Part shown: in pieces, positions 37,758 through 51,282 of the stretch
How positions within the stretch are numbered: position 1 is the stretch's first letter
How the letters are laid out: every line of letters begins with the position of its first letter
Assembly (NCBI RefSeq): GCF_964194155.1
Contig: NC_135901.1
Location: 36,704,001-36,768,000, forward strand
DNA from: Cetorhinus maximus
Lineage: Eukaryota
DNA: 64,000 bases
Direction of reading: 5' to 3'
Program-made: the position numbers and the translations under genes
The notes under the pieces: model-generated
The model's input: the letters and a program-made list of their open reading frames with translations, nothing else
What the model was told of the DNA's origin: nothing
Databases searched by the model: none

Positions 37758-39699
37758 AGTATAGTTAGGAGAGAGGTGAAATATAAGCTGGTTTAAGGTG
37801 GGGGGCGGGGTGAGAGAGAAGTTGAGGGTGGGGTGGTTTAGGGATAAGCAAGCAGTGATAGGAGCAGATAATCAAAAGATGTCAGAGACAAAAGGATCAA
37901 AGGGGTGTTGAAGATGGTGATATTATCTAAGAAAAGTGCTAATTAAGAATGGATGGCACGATACTCAAGGTACAGCTCTAGTGGGGGTGGGGTGGAAAGA
38001 CTAACAAAGTTTTAGTTTCAGATTTAAAAATAATGGAAATAGGTGGGAAAAGAAGAATCTATATAAATTATTGAAAAAAAAGGGGAGGGGGAAGAAACGG
38101 GGTGGGGATGGGGGAAGGGGGAGTTTAAGATCTAAAGTTGTTGAATTCAATATTCAGCCCAGAAGGCTGTAAAGTGCCTAGTCGGAAGATGAGGTGCTGT
38201 TCCTCCAGTTTGCGTTGGGCTTCACTGGAACAATGCAGCAAGCCAAGGACAGATATGTGGGCAAGAGAACAGGGTGGAGTGTTAAAATGGCAAGCGACAG
38301 GGAGGTTTGGGTCTTTCTTGCGGACAGACCGCAGGTCTTCTGCAAAGCGGTCGCCCAGTTTGCATTTGGTCTCTACAATGTAGAGGAGACCGCATTGGGA
38401 GCAATGAATGCAGTAGACTAAGTTTGGGGAAATGCAAGTGAAATGCTGCTTCACTTGAAAGGAGTGTTTGGGCCCTTGGACGGTGAGGAGAGAGGAAGTG
38501 AAGGGGCAGGTGTTGCATCTTCTGCGTGGGCATGGGGAGGTGCCATAGGTGGGGGTTGAGGAGTAGGGGGTGATGGAGGAGTGGACCAGGGTGTCCCGGA
38601 GGGAACGATCCCTACGGAATGCCGCCAGGGCTGGTGAAGGGAAAATGTGTTTGGTGGTGGCATCATGCTGGAGTTGGCGGAAATGGCGGAGGATGATCCT
38701 TTGAATGCGGAGGCTGGTGGGGTGATAAGTGAGGACAAGGGGGACCCTATCATGTTTCTGGGAAGGAGGAGAAGGCGTGAGGGCGGATGCGCAGGATATG
38801 GGCCAGACACGGTTGAGGGCCCTGTCAACGACCGTGGGTGGAAAACCTCAGTTAAGGAAGAAGGAGGACATGTCAGAGGAGCTGTTTTTGAAGGTAGCGT
38901 CATCAGAACAGATGCGACGGAGGTGAAGGAACTGAGAGAATGGGATGGAGTCCTTACAGGAAGCTGGGTGTGAGGAGCTGTAGTCGAGGTAGCTGTGGGA
39001 GTCGGTAGGCTTGTAATGGATATTGGTGGACAGTCTATCATCAGAAATTGAGACAGAGAGGTCAAGGAAGGGAAGAGAAGTGTCAGAGATGGACCATGTG
39101 AAAATGATGGAGGGGTGGAGATTGGAAGCAAAATTAATAAATTTTTCCAGGTCCCGATGAGAGCATGAAGCAGCACCGAAGTAATCATCGATGTACCAGA
39201 GAAAGAGTTGTGGGAGGGGGCCGGAGTAGGACTGGAACAAGGAATGTTCCACATACCCCATAAAGAGACAGGCATAGCTGGGGCCCATGCGGGTACCCAT
39301 AGCCACACCTTTTATTTGGAGGAAGTTTTTGTTTCTGTTTCTGTTTTTGTTTTGGATTTCCAGCATCCGCAGTAGCTTTTAGCTTTTTGTTTTTATCTCT
39401 GTGTTTAATTGACTGCCACCTCTCTTCAAGAAATGCCCTCCCTGAAGAAGTACTGCTTTGTTCTCTCTTTCACAGCCATATTTCCTTTCTCAGTGACTGT
39501 CTCCGTCTCCGACTCACCCCACGTGGATTTCAACTGAAATTCCATCCCTCTTGTTTCGAACCCACCCAGGTTTACAGGTATCTCCGGGACATAAAACGTT
39601 TCTCGGACTGCTGTTCCCGTCGCATTCTGAGATCCACGCTCAGTCCCCCCGCCCCCCACCTTAGACCAGCTTATATTTCACCTCTCTCCTAACTATACT

Positions 39700-39740
39700 C
39701 AGTTCTGCCGAAGGGTCATGAGGACTCGAAACGTCAACTG
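39700..39740 (+). ncRNA. Minimal type I hammerhead-like motif (variant core)
   Basis: cagtt-CTGCCGA-agggtcatgaggactc-GAAA-cGTC-aactg. Stem I is perfect and stem II is gggtc/gactc. Confidence 0.65.
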
Positions 39741-40436
39741 TTTTCTTCTCCACCGATGCTGCCAGACCTGCTGAGTTTTTCCAGGTAATTCTGTTTTTGT
39801 TTTGGATTTCCAGCATCCGCAGTAGCTTTTTGTTTTTATCCCGGTGATTCTGGATGCGGGACAGTTGTTAGTCCCGGCCCTGGTGTGGGTGCGCAAGCGC
39901 AGATGCATGGCTCATTGTTCTGTAATAATGGCGGGTGATCGTCCTCCTGTATTTTGCTGCAGGTGTTCTCCTCTGTTGCATCAGTTTTGAGCTGGAGTGG
40001 AATTGGAGGAGAAGCTGCTGGGTTTAACCCCGAGAAGTTTGGAAACCAGTCAGGCCCAGCAATTTCCAATGTGAGTCTGTGAAGGGAGGTAGGTTCTGGG
40101 GGTGATCGAATTGTTAAATGGACACTGTCCATTCAATTTAAGAGTATTGTTTTGGAAGCAAATATTTCTATAGTTCCTTTTTATCAGAGATTTTTGTTAA
40201 CTCCAGTCTTGGTATTTGGTGTCACTAACAAGACCAGCAGATATTGTCAATCCCCAGTTGTCTGTTGGTCAGGTGTTGGTGGGCCTTCTTCCTGAACCAC
40301 TGCAGTCACTGTGGTGAAGGTGCTCCCACAATGCTACGATAAAAGCAAAATACTGTGGATGCTGGAAGTCTTAAACACAAATAGAAAATGCTGGAAAAAC
40401 GCAGGAGGTTTAGCAGCATCTGCAGAGAGAGAAACA

Positions 40437-40477
40437 GAGTTGATGTTTCAAGTCCGTATGACCCTTCTTCAGAGCTC
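40437..40477 (-). ncRNA. Minimal hammerhead motif, canonical core, in an older pLTR fragment
   Basis: gagct-CTGAAGA-agggtcatacggactt-GAAA-cATC-aactc. Confidence 0.6.
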
Positions 40478-40619
40478 AAGAAAAGTGGAAATGTGATGAG
40501 ATTTATACTGTTTAAGTGGGGGTGGAGGGTGGTGGGACAGATGGAGCTGAATAGAAGGCCAGCGATAGGTGAGGACATATATCATCATCGCCAGTCAGTG
40601 ATGATATATGTCCAAATCA

Positions 40620-41400
40620 ACAACAAGTTGCATTTATATAGCAAGCTGAATACAATAAAGCGTTCCAAAGCATATTGTAATATTTAACACTTAAGCACAA
40701 GAGGAGATATCACAGCAGATGATATCTTGGTCAAAGAGGTAGGTTTTAAGCAGAGTCTTTAAAGGATGAGGGAGAGGCAGAGAGGTCTAAATAGGGAATT
40801 CCAGAGCTTATGGCCTGGGCAGCTGAAGACACTGTCACCAATGGTGGGTCAATTAAAATCAGGGATGCTCAATAGGCAAAAATTAGATGAGCCCAGATAT
40901 CTGGGATGGATGTAAGTTGCAGGATATTTTAGGGATAGTGAGGGGCCTAGGTCACTGAAGGATTTGAAAACAGGGATGAAGAATTGAACATTGAGGGGCT
41001 GCTTCCCCAGGAGCCCATGTAGCTCAGTGAGAAAAGGGATGCTGGACGAATGGGACTTAGTGCGAGTAAGGACACCGGAAGCAGAGTTTTGAATGACCCC
41101 ATCTTTATGTGGACAGCTGAGAATTTTCCAGTTTAGAGGGAACAAAGCAATGGATGAGTTTCAGCAGCAGATGAGGGAAGGAGTGAACTTAAGCAAAATG
41201 ACTGAAGTGGAAATAGGCGGTCTTAGTGATATGTAGTCAGAAGCTCAGCTTGGGGTGAAATATGACACCAAGATTGTGAACAGTCTGGTTCAGACTCAGA
41301 GTTGTCAGAAAGATGGAAGGCATTGATGGTCAGGGAGTGAAGACAATGGCTTCAATCTTCTCAATATTTAAATGGAAGAGATTTCTGATCATCCAGTTCT
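40620..41400 (-). mobile_element. L2 LINE 3' part
   Basis: Paralog of 24130-24910; LNIEKIEAIVF motif. Confidence 0.8.
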
Positions 41401-41886
41401 GGATGTCAGGCAAGTCAGGACGTTGTGTGATTTGGAGGGGAAATTGGAGGTGATGGTGTTTACATTCACCTGTTACCCTGGTTCTTCTAGTGGGTGGAGG
41501 ATGAGTGTTTGGGAGACTTTGATAGATTTGCAGATGCATAAAATCCCTTTCCTTCAATCCTTGCATCTCCTATCTCCCTCTCTATTCCCCCCAGTAGATT
41601 CTGGTGTTTTGTATAGACCTTGAACAGTTGTAAGGTTCCCTTCCCTGAAGGACATTAGTGAATCAGTTGGATTAATATAACAATCCAGCAGTTTTCATGG
41701 TCACTTTTTCCTCGTGCCGGCCCCACAAATTACCAGATTCATTCAGCTCAATTTCACAACCTGTTTTTGTGTTATTTTGGTTTCTGTCTCATTCACTTTT
41801 GACTGTTTAACCTATTTCCCCAGGATTTTCAATCGGGAAACCCAGCATTTCATCAGAATCTGACCGTGCAGCAGAATTTGTCATAA

Positions 41887-42612
<726 letters not shown>

Positions 42613-42799
42613 CAAACAGAATTCTGTTGTTAATCACATCCAGGACTGAACCATGTTCATTGGGGTCTGATTCTGCTGTGTTAATAAACTCCCACTCAGT
42701 TATCGGGGCTAATATTCTGTCTAAGGTCAATAAAATATCTTTATGTTAAATATAACATGTAAAGTATTGTTAATATCTCTGATACAAGTTAGCTCCTTT

Positions 42800-43860
42800 T
42801 GAAGGGCTCTCCCTCTCCCCTGTCTCCTCCATCCTCACCTCCAACAACAAGTGTGAGGAGCTCATGGATCCTCTTTGTCACTGAGATGGAGATAATCTGA
42901 TCAGCTGCCTCTGCTGCTTCCCTCCCTTCCACTAGCCCACCGGAACAAACTGTCTCTATAATGTTCCTCCTTATCTGAGCCCTGAGCCCATATCTTTCTT
43001 CAGTTTCTCTCCCACCCCCCTTCCTGCCCTCTTAGTGCTCATCTTGTCCATGAGACCAACCTCCTGCTCCATCGACTCTCTTCCCACTAAACTGCTGATT
43101 ACCCAACTTCCCCATGTTCACTGATATTGTTCACAGTTCTCTCTCTGCTGGTACCATCCCTCTCTCCTTCAAATTGTCACCCTTTCCTCAAAAATCAAAT
43201 ACTTAACTCTGCTGTCCCTGCAAAGTATTGACCCATCTTCAAAACCCAATTCTTCTCCAAACCTCTTGAACATGTTCACACCTCCCAAATCCGTTTCCAT
43301 CTTTCCCAGAACTCCATGTCTGAATCCCTCCAATCAGGTTTCTGCCCCTGTCACTGTATTGAAACAGCTCTGATCAAAGCCACCAATGACATCCTATGTG
43401 CCTGGGACAAAAGTAAACTATCCCTCCTCGTCCTTCTCGACCTGTCTGCAGCCTTTGACAAGGATGACCACACAATTCTGCTCCAACACCTCTCCACTGT
43501 CGTCCAGCTGGGTGGGGCTGCTCTTTCCTGGTTCCATTCTTCTCTATCTAATCATAGCCAAAGAATCACTTGGAATGTCTTCCCTTCCCACTCCTACAGT
43601 TACCTCTGGTGCCCCCAAAGGATCCAGCCTTGGCCTCCTCTTATTTCTCATAAAAATGCTCCCCACAATGACATCATCTGAAAACACAGTGTCAGTTATC
43701 ACTAGTACACTGACAGTGCCCAGCTCTACCTCACCACCACCTCTCTCCACTTTTGTTAAATTATCAGACTGTTTGCCTGATATCCAGTGGTGGATCTGCA
43801 AAAATTTCCTTCAATACAATACTGGGAAGATTGAAGCCATTGTTTTAATTCCCTAGCCAC
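42800..43860 (+). mobile_element. L2 LINE RT fragment
   Basis: QSGF, ETALIK and LLDLSAAFD motifs. Confidence 0.9.
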
Positions 43861-44100
43861 CAACCCCATTCCGTATCCTATTTCTATCAGGTCATCCCTC
43901 AGCCTTCTCTTTTCTACAGAAAAGAGCTTCAGGCTGTTCAGCCTTTCCTGGTGATTATAACCTATCCGTTCCTGTAACATTTGTGATTGAACTTTCATGT
44001 CCCTGGTCCTTGCGACACCTGGCAGCAGTAGAAACAGTTCCTAATGTCCGAGGGATTTCAGTTTGGACTATTTGTATTTACAAATTCATTCTCTCGATGT

Positions 44101-44132
44101 GTCCATTGCCTTAACGACTTGACCACACGGAC
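44101..44132 (-). pseudogene. tRNA-Ser 5'-half relic
   Basis: gtccgtgtggtcaagtcgttaaggcaatggac. Paralog at 56413-56444 (+). Confidence 0.5.
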
Positions 44133-44624
44133 TCGGTGTCTGTCTGTTTAAACGTTGCTCAGTGACAATTTCCACCATCCTCCACTTTGTGCCTTTTGGG
44201 CACTGAGAAGCTGAAATGTCTCCACTCAAAAAAACCCCAGGAATAAACCTTCTCTTACATCTTATAAAACTGCTCTTCCTTGTTCCCTGTGCCATTTACT
44301 ATGAAGCCCTAAAGCGAACGTAAATTGTTGGATGGCAAAATGGTGAACTGAACTATATTGACACACACAAAGGAACACACACATACATGTACACCAAGAC
44401 TGACAGAGGACATAGGTTTGTCTCGAAGGAGAGACAAACACCCAGAAAGCAAGCCTGACACCAACCTGGCCTCGTTTTTGTTCCATTTTAGGCTGCAACG
44501 TTTCTGAATGCTGGTAGACGAATGAAAATTAGAGAACACTGGAGGTTTTTGGATGGTTTTCATTCAATTTAACTGATAATTAATTCTGCAGGCACACAGT
44601 AAAATTCAGGAATGATAATAGAAG

Positions 44625-44706
44625 AGTAGTTAGCAGGATTACAGCCAACCTATGGAGACCCCAGTGCATTCACAACCTGTCACCTTAACCACTCTGCAGT
44701 GAACAC
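44625..44706 (-). pseudogene. tRNA-Ser pseudogene
   Basis: gagtggttaagg...ggggtctcc...aatcctgctaactac aligns to tRNA-Ser. Confidence 0.65.
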
Positions 44707-44990
44707 AGGGCCTGCACTGACATCGCTGCTGTTTTTATAAAATCATAGACTGCTGCATCAGACGGTCATTCAGCATGTCGTTCACATGCCGACTCTCTGG
44801 AAGAGCAATTCAACTGCTGTAACTCCACACCCCACCTTTTCCCCACAGCAATTCATATTTATATTGCCTCTCCTTGTACTTCCTATCAAAATAAAAAAGG
44901 CGGCACACTCCGTTGGATTTAATGTTAGCTGGTATCTGTTTGTCCGGATAGAGCTGCTACAATTCCCAAAATAAAGATCATGAGGATATT

Positions 44991-45072
44991 TGGCAGCAGG
45001 GCAAGTCAAAGCCGAGTTTTCAAAGAGACTGAAATCTTAATCCAGCACTTTAGACCACTCGGCCACACAACC
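44991..45072 (-). pseudogene. tRNA-Leu(AAG) pseudogene
   Basis: ggttgtgtggccgagtggtctaaagtgctggattAAGatttcagtctc...ctgctgcca, 82 nt. The B box is broken. Confidence 0.8.
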
Positions 45073-45641
45073 ATATTGGTGCAGTCATTAATCATGTCAT
45101 TCACTGGTATTTCAACCTAGCAAGAACAAAGTCAAAGGAGTTGGAATAGGTCATTCGGAACCTCAGTCAGTTAATCAGATCATCCTGCGCTTTGTATCAA
45201 ACAGAAATCATCTCCACTCAAAAACACAACGAGCTGCAGTGAAGGGTCGACACCATTTAAACTGTCATTCAACTGGTCTGGTTCCAAATCTCCTGCTAGA
45301 AATGACAAGAAAACTTCTCACTGAATTCACTCCAGGTCTTGACTTCAGAAGGACAGGTCACAAGGTAATAAAGTACATTTCGATAGAATGGGTTATAAAA
45401 TGGCAGAATGACTGGGAAAGAGCATTCGTAGTGTTAGGAAACATAAAATGACATAAAGTTCCAGCAAAGAAAGAGGCCATTCGGCCTGGTGTGCTGCTTT
45501 CAAAGAGCAGTTGTGATTGGTTGATCAGGAGTGAGATTTGTGCCACTTTAAACAGCCGGCAGTAAAATCAGTTCCATTACTCCCCACATTGAGCCTTGCA
45601 CCTACATCTCTGTAGTTATTTCATGTCTCAGGCCTTGCAGT

Positions 45642-46670
45642 CTGAGAGGTGATGATGTAGTGGTATTGTCTCTGGAGTCGGGGTCAAATCCCTCCATGGA
45701 ACTTGAATTTGAATTCAATAAAAATCTGGAATGAAAAGTCTGATGAGGACCATGAAACAATTGTCGATTGTTGTAAAAACCCATCCGGTTCACTAATGTC
45801 TTTTAGGGGGAGGAAATCTGCCCCCATGTGACTCCATAGCAATGTCCTCTGAGGTGGCCTAGCAAGACACCCAGTTGTATCAAACTGCTACAAACTCTCA
45901 AAAAAGGAGTGAAGCCGGACAGACCACCCAGCATCGACCTAGGCACTGGAAATGCCATGTCGACCCTGCAAAGTCCCCCTTACTAACATCTGGGGGTGAG
46001 TGTCGAAAAAGCTGTCTCACAGGCTGGTCAAACAACAGTCATCCTCACGGAATCATACCTTACATATAATGTCCCAGACACCACCATCACCAGCAGAGGT
46101 GGCGGCACAGTGACGTACAGTTGGGAGGGAGTTGCCATTGGAGTCCTCAACATTGTTCGTGGGTCTCATGGCATCAGGTCAAACATGGGCAAGGAAACCT
46201 CCTGCTGATTACCATGTACTGCAATCCCTCCCTGATGAATCAGTGCTCCTCAATGTTGGACCACCACTTGGAGGAAGCACTGGGGGTGGCAAGGGTGCAG
46301 AATGTACCCTGGATGGGGGACTTAAATCACCAACAATGGCTCAGTAGCATCACCACTGACTGAGCTGGGGGAGTCCTAAAGGACATAGTTGCTAGACTGG
46401 GTCTGCAGCAGGTGGTGAGGGAACAAATAAGAGAGATAAACATACTTGACCTCATCCTCACCAGCCTGCCTGCCAGAGATGCATCTGTCCATGACAGTGT
46501 TGGTAGGAGTGACCACCGGACAGTCATTGTGCAGATGAAGTACCTCCTTCACATAGAGGATACCCCCATGCCCCCATCATGTTTTGTGGCACTACCACCG
46601 TGCTAAATGGGATCAATTCCGAAAAGATCTAGCAACTCAAGACTGGGCAACCAGGAGGCGCTGTGGAGCC
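45642..46670 (+). mobile_element. 5' part of a LINE with a tRNA-like head and APE endonuclease
   Basis: The head and body match the SINE at 33655. It continues into APE motifs VILTES, RGGGT, WMGDLN, LDLILT and GRSDH. Confidence 0.8.
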
Positions 46671-46679
46671 GGCACTTTG

Positions 46680-47240
46680 CACTGAAAAATCTACTGAGCT
46701 CCATCTTAAACCTATTCAGAAACTGAAAATCTACCGCTCCCTGGGGTAGAAACTTCCAAAGATTCACAACCCTTTGTGTAAAGAAATACTTCCCTATCTC
46801 ATTCCGAAATGATCGACCCCTTATTCCGAGACTGTAATCCCCATGTTCTACATTCCTCAGCCAGGGGGGAAACATTTTCTCAGCATTTACCCTCCAGGCC
46901 CCTTAAGAATGTTCTGTCCTTCAATGAGATCACCTCTCATTCTTCTAAACTCCATTTAAAATAGGCCCAGTCTCCTCAATTTCTCCTCATTGGACAATCT
47001 CCTCATCCCAGGAACCAGTCTTGTGAAGAGTTGTTTCACTCCCTCTGGGGCAAGAATGTCATTCCTTCAATAAGGAGACCAAAACTGCACACAGTATCCA
47101 GCTGAAGCCTCACCACTGCCCTGTTAAATTATAGTAAGATTTTTTTGCTAGTGTGCTCCACTCCCTTTGGAATAAAAGCTATCAAACAATTTCCCTTCTT
47201 AACTGCTTGCTGGATCTGCATGTTAACTCCCTGTGATTCA
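46680..47240 (-). mobile_element. CR1 fragment
   Basis: FFTQRVVNLW motif. Confidence 0.85.
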
Positions 47241-49011
47241 CTGGACCATTCACCATGGAAGAGCTGGAAACTGGTAGATTTAGTCTAAAATATGGGAAAG
47301 CAATTGTTCTTGACAACATAGCAACAGAGCAGATAAAGCATTTTGGACAGCAAGCAAAGAAATGGCTCCTACAATTGTTCAACCACTGTCTGGCAATACA
47401 CAAGCTACCTAATATTTGGCAGAAGGCAAATGTAATAGCACTATTAAAGCCCGGAAAAGATCCCTCAGATCCTAAGAGTTTTCGGCCAATTTCACTGCTT
47501 TGCCACACCAATAAGCTGTTTGAACACCTGATACTCAATAGGATAGCACCAACTGTAGATGAAAAGATCATTCCAGGGCAAGTAGGTTTCCGTCCCGGCA
47601 AATCAACAACAAGCCAACTGCTCAACCTCACACATATCGAAGATGGTTTTGAGCAAGGGATGGTAACAGGTGCTGTTTTTGTAGACCTGTCAGCAGCATA
47701 CGACACAGTGAACCATAGACGTCTCCTCTGCAAGATCCTAGAGATGACAAAAGATATTCACTTAACAGAGCTTTTAGAAAGCATGCTTCAGAATCGCCGG
47801 TTCTGTGTTGAACTAGGTGGGAAGTGCAGCAGGTGGCGTTTTCAGAAGAATGGTCTTCCTCAGGGAAGCGTGCTTGCACCGCTGTTGTACAACATCTACA
47901 CGAATGGACGGTGTCACACGCCGTTTTATATGTGCTGATGACTTATGTGTCACTGCCCAAAGCACTGATTTTAACACCATGGAGAAAACGTTTTCTGAGG
48001 CCTTGGAGGGACTAACATCCTACTATGAAGAAAACCACCTTCGCGCAAACCCATCAAAGACACAAGTTTGTGCATTCCACCTCAGAAACCGTGAAGCCAA
48101 ACGCCAGCTTAAAGTAACCTGGTATGGAGCAACACTGACGCATTGCAAGCACCCTATCTACTTAGGAGTCACCCTTGACAGATGCCTCACCTTCAAGAAC
48201 CACATCGAAAAGACAAAGGCAAAAGTGAGCGCATGAAACAACATCCTGAATAAGCTCACTAACACAAAATGGGGAGCAAGCTCGAAAACATTGTGAACCA
48301 GTGCACTTGCTCTTTGCTATTCCACTGCCGAATACGCCTGCCCTGCATGGGAAAGATCTACTCATGCTAAGAAGATGGATGCCGTTCTGAATGCAAGCTG
48401 CTGACTTATCACAGGTTGTTTAAAACCAACAAACACCAACAGCCTATATATCCTGGCGGGTATCGCTCCCTCTGATATAAGAAGAACGGTAGCCAGCAAG
48501 AAAGAGCGACTCCATCAATCATCAGATGAGAGGCACCCTCTACATGGTCATACACCTACACCCAGCCGCCTAAAGTCAAGGAAGAGCTTCATGAACAGTG
48601 TTGTTCCATTACAATCAACCCCATCTGAAGCCCGCATCGCCTTGTGGAAAGACCGGCTCGCCAGTCTCGAACAACCCCTAGCCATGGAAATTCTACCGGA
48701 TGAAAGCCTTTCCCCAGGAGCTAATTGCAACTGGGCAACCTGGAAGTGCCTTAACAGACTTAGGACTGGTGTAGGTCGTTCAAAGGTGTCACTAAGCAAA
48801 TGGGGATATACAACCAGCCCGACAACTTGTGAATGTGGAACTGAGCCACAGACTATGCAACATCTCCTGCAATGCCTATCACTAGAGGAACCCTGCACTG
48901 TTGCAGATCTTGCTGAATTCAACAACAAGGTGCAAAAATGTGTCCAGTTCTGGCTGGGCCATGGATAGACTGGGCCATGGATAGACTGTCCGTGGACACG
49001 ATAAGAAGAAG
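47241..49011 (+). mobile_element. Vingi/Ingi-like LINE, 5'-truncated
   Basis: RT (LLKPGK, FRPISLLC, FVDLSAAYD, GLPQGSVLAP, ADD), C-terminal LNRLRTG..CECG..QTMQHLLQC, no RNase H seen, (aag)n tail. Confidence 0.8.
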
Positions 49012-49143
49012 ACACAAATCTGATTTATTTGATTTTTATATTATCCAGAACATTATCACTTATAACTAGGCTGCATTTAATTAACATCAGCAGAAATAGA
49101 CCCAATGACAAAAATTCATCACAAAATCCAATCACTGTGATTA

Positions 49144-49263
<120 letters not shown>

Positions 49264-50262
49264 TCACTTGAACCCAGTCCCACACTGAGAGCACCTGAAC
49301 GGTCTCTCGTCAGTGTGAACACGTTGATGGGATATCAGTTCTCCAGAACTTTTCCAGCACTTCCCGCAGTCTGGACATTTAAAAGGTCTCTCATCAGTGT
49401 GACCTCGCTGGTGTCTCAGCAGGTTGGACGATCGAGTGAATCCCTTCCCACACTCGGGACAGGTGAATGGCCTCTCCCCAGTGTGAACTCGCTGGTGTGT
49501 TAGCAGGTCAGATAACTGAGGGAATCGCTTCCCACACTCAGAGCAGGCGAACAGTCTCTCCTCAGTGTGAACTTGCTGATGTCTCAGCAGGTCGGATGAC
49601 CGAGCAAATCCTTTCTCACACTCAGAGCAGCTGAATGGCCTCTCTCCAGTGTGAACTCGCTGGTGCATAGTGAGTTGAGACGATTGCCTGAACTCAGCCC
49701 CACAGTGAGAGCACCTGAAAGGTTTCTCGTCAGTGTGAACACGTTGATGGCACATTCGTTCCCAGGAACTTTTAAAACACTTCCCACAGTCTGGGCATTG
49801 AAAAGGTCTCTCATCAGTGTGAACACGTTGATGGTACATCACTTCAGCAGGACTTTTAAAACACTTCCCACATTCTGGACATTGAAAAGGTCTCTCATCA
49901 TTGTGAACCCGCTGGTGTGCCATGACATGAGATAACTGAGTGAATCTCTTCCCACACTCTGAACAGATGAATGGTCTCTCTCCAGTGTGAACGCGCTGGT
50001 GTGTCTGCAGGGTGGATGAGCGAGTGAATCTCTTCCCACACACAGAGCAGGTGAATGGCCTCTCCCCAGTGTGACTGCGCTGATGTATTTCCAGCTTTGA
50101 TGGGAAATTGAATCCTTTCCCACAGTCCCCGCATTTCCACGGCTTCTCCCTGCTGTGGCTGTATTTGTGTTCTGACAGGCCAGACGATCGGCTGAAGCCT
50201 CGTCCACACACAGAACACGTGTACGGTTTCTCCTCACTGTGAACGGTGCTTTTTCCTTCCAT
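49264..50262 (-). CDS. C2H2 zinc-finger protein D, 332 aa, 11 complete fingers
   Basis: Uninterrupted ORF. It stops within finger 12, and the frame continues through finger 13 to a TAA at 49141. A promoter and AATAAA are present. Confidence 0.8.
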   Translation of the reverse strand: MEGKSTVHSEEKPYTCSVCGRGFSRSSGLSEHKYSHSREKPWKCGDCGKGFNFPSKLEIHQRSHTGERPFTCSVCGKRFTRSSTLQTHQRVHTGERPFICSECGKRFTQLSHVMAHQRVHNDERPFQCPECGKCFKSPAEVMYHQRVHTDERPFQCPDCGKCFKSSWERMCHQRVHTDEKPFRCSHCGAEFRQSSQLTMHQRVHTGERPFSCSECEKGFARSSDLLRHQQVHTEERLFACSECGKRFPQLSDLLTHQRVHTGERPFTCPECGKGFTRSSNLLRHQRGHTDERPFKCPDCGKCWKSSGELISHQRVHTDERPFRCSQCGTGFK

Positions 50263-51242
50263 GTTCAGGTTACGATAAATTGGGCGACTCCGTCAGATCC
50301 TGATGTGAGGTTTGGTTTCAGTTTCCCGACTGTGATTCCTCCCCTTCTGACACCCTGTGGAATTGATTTAAAACAGAAAAAAGGGAGTGAGAGAGAACCC
50401 ACAGAAACACAAAGGCAGGTTGTGAAACTGAGCTGAATGAATCTGGGCATTTGTGGGGCCGGCACTAGGAAAAAGTGACAATGAAAACTGCTGATTTGTC
50501 GTAAAAACCCAACTGGTTCACTAATGTCTTTCAGGGAAGGGAACCTGCCACCCGGTCTGGGCCTATACAAGACTCTGGCCTTTGTGTGAGGAACGGGACT
50601 AAGAGAGGTGGGAACAGAAGGGATGAAGCGAGGGATTTTATATATCTAAAACAAGGCTAGAAATTTGACGATACTTTAACAGAATCTCCGAAATGCCTTA
50701 ACCTCCACGACCTAGGATCAGGGTAGCAAGTGTATGTGAACACCATCACCTCCAAGTCACACACCGTCCATTGTCTTCAATCCCCTACAAACCCCACTCC
50801 CTGGCCACTGGCTCCATCATTCTCCTTGGCAACTGTCTGAGACTAAATCAGACTGTTCACAACTGTGGTGTTTTACATATAGACATGCACATAAATAGAT
50901 ATATACACATTTTATACATACATATATATGATGTATATATGAACATATATGTTACACCAAAGTTGTAAACAGTCTGAAATAAAAACAGAAAATACTGGAA
51001 AGCCTTGTCTGCTCTAGCAGTGTGTGGAGAGAGAGCTCTTCCACAGATGACGTCTTCTCTGTGCACTTCAGCCAAGGGAATGGTTAATTGTGGTTTTAGT
51101 GCTGTACCGTGTCCGATCAGCTAATGGGGACAGCTTTTGTTTATCAACCTTATCTAACCCTATCATAGGGTTACTCGTACACCTCGATCAAATCTCCCCT
51201 CAATCTCCTTTGCTCCAGGGAGAACAACCACAGTTTCTCCAG

Positions 51243-51282
51243 TTAGCTGAAGAAACGTCATATGGACTCGAAACATTAACTC
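51243..51282 (+). ncRNA. Hammerhead-like motif in a pLTR fragment
   Basis: CTGAAGA-aacgtcatatggactc-GAAA-catt-aact. The stems are weak. Confidence 0.4.

Larger units (their letters stand above)
37657..39838. mobile_element. Rearranged Penelope-like element with inverted pLTRs and 16-bp TSD
   Basis: Minus-strand RT C-half and GIY-YIG (38125-39325), then plus-strand pieces. TSD tcccggtgattctgga at 37641-37656 and 39839-39854. Confidence 0.95.

Noticed and set aside
38848-39366. 172-aa ORF as a novel RT fusion gene
   Set aside because: It is an artefact of the inversion junction inside the Penelope insertion and lacks the N-terminal RT motifs.
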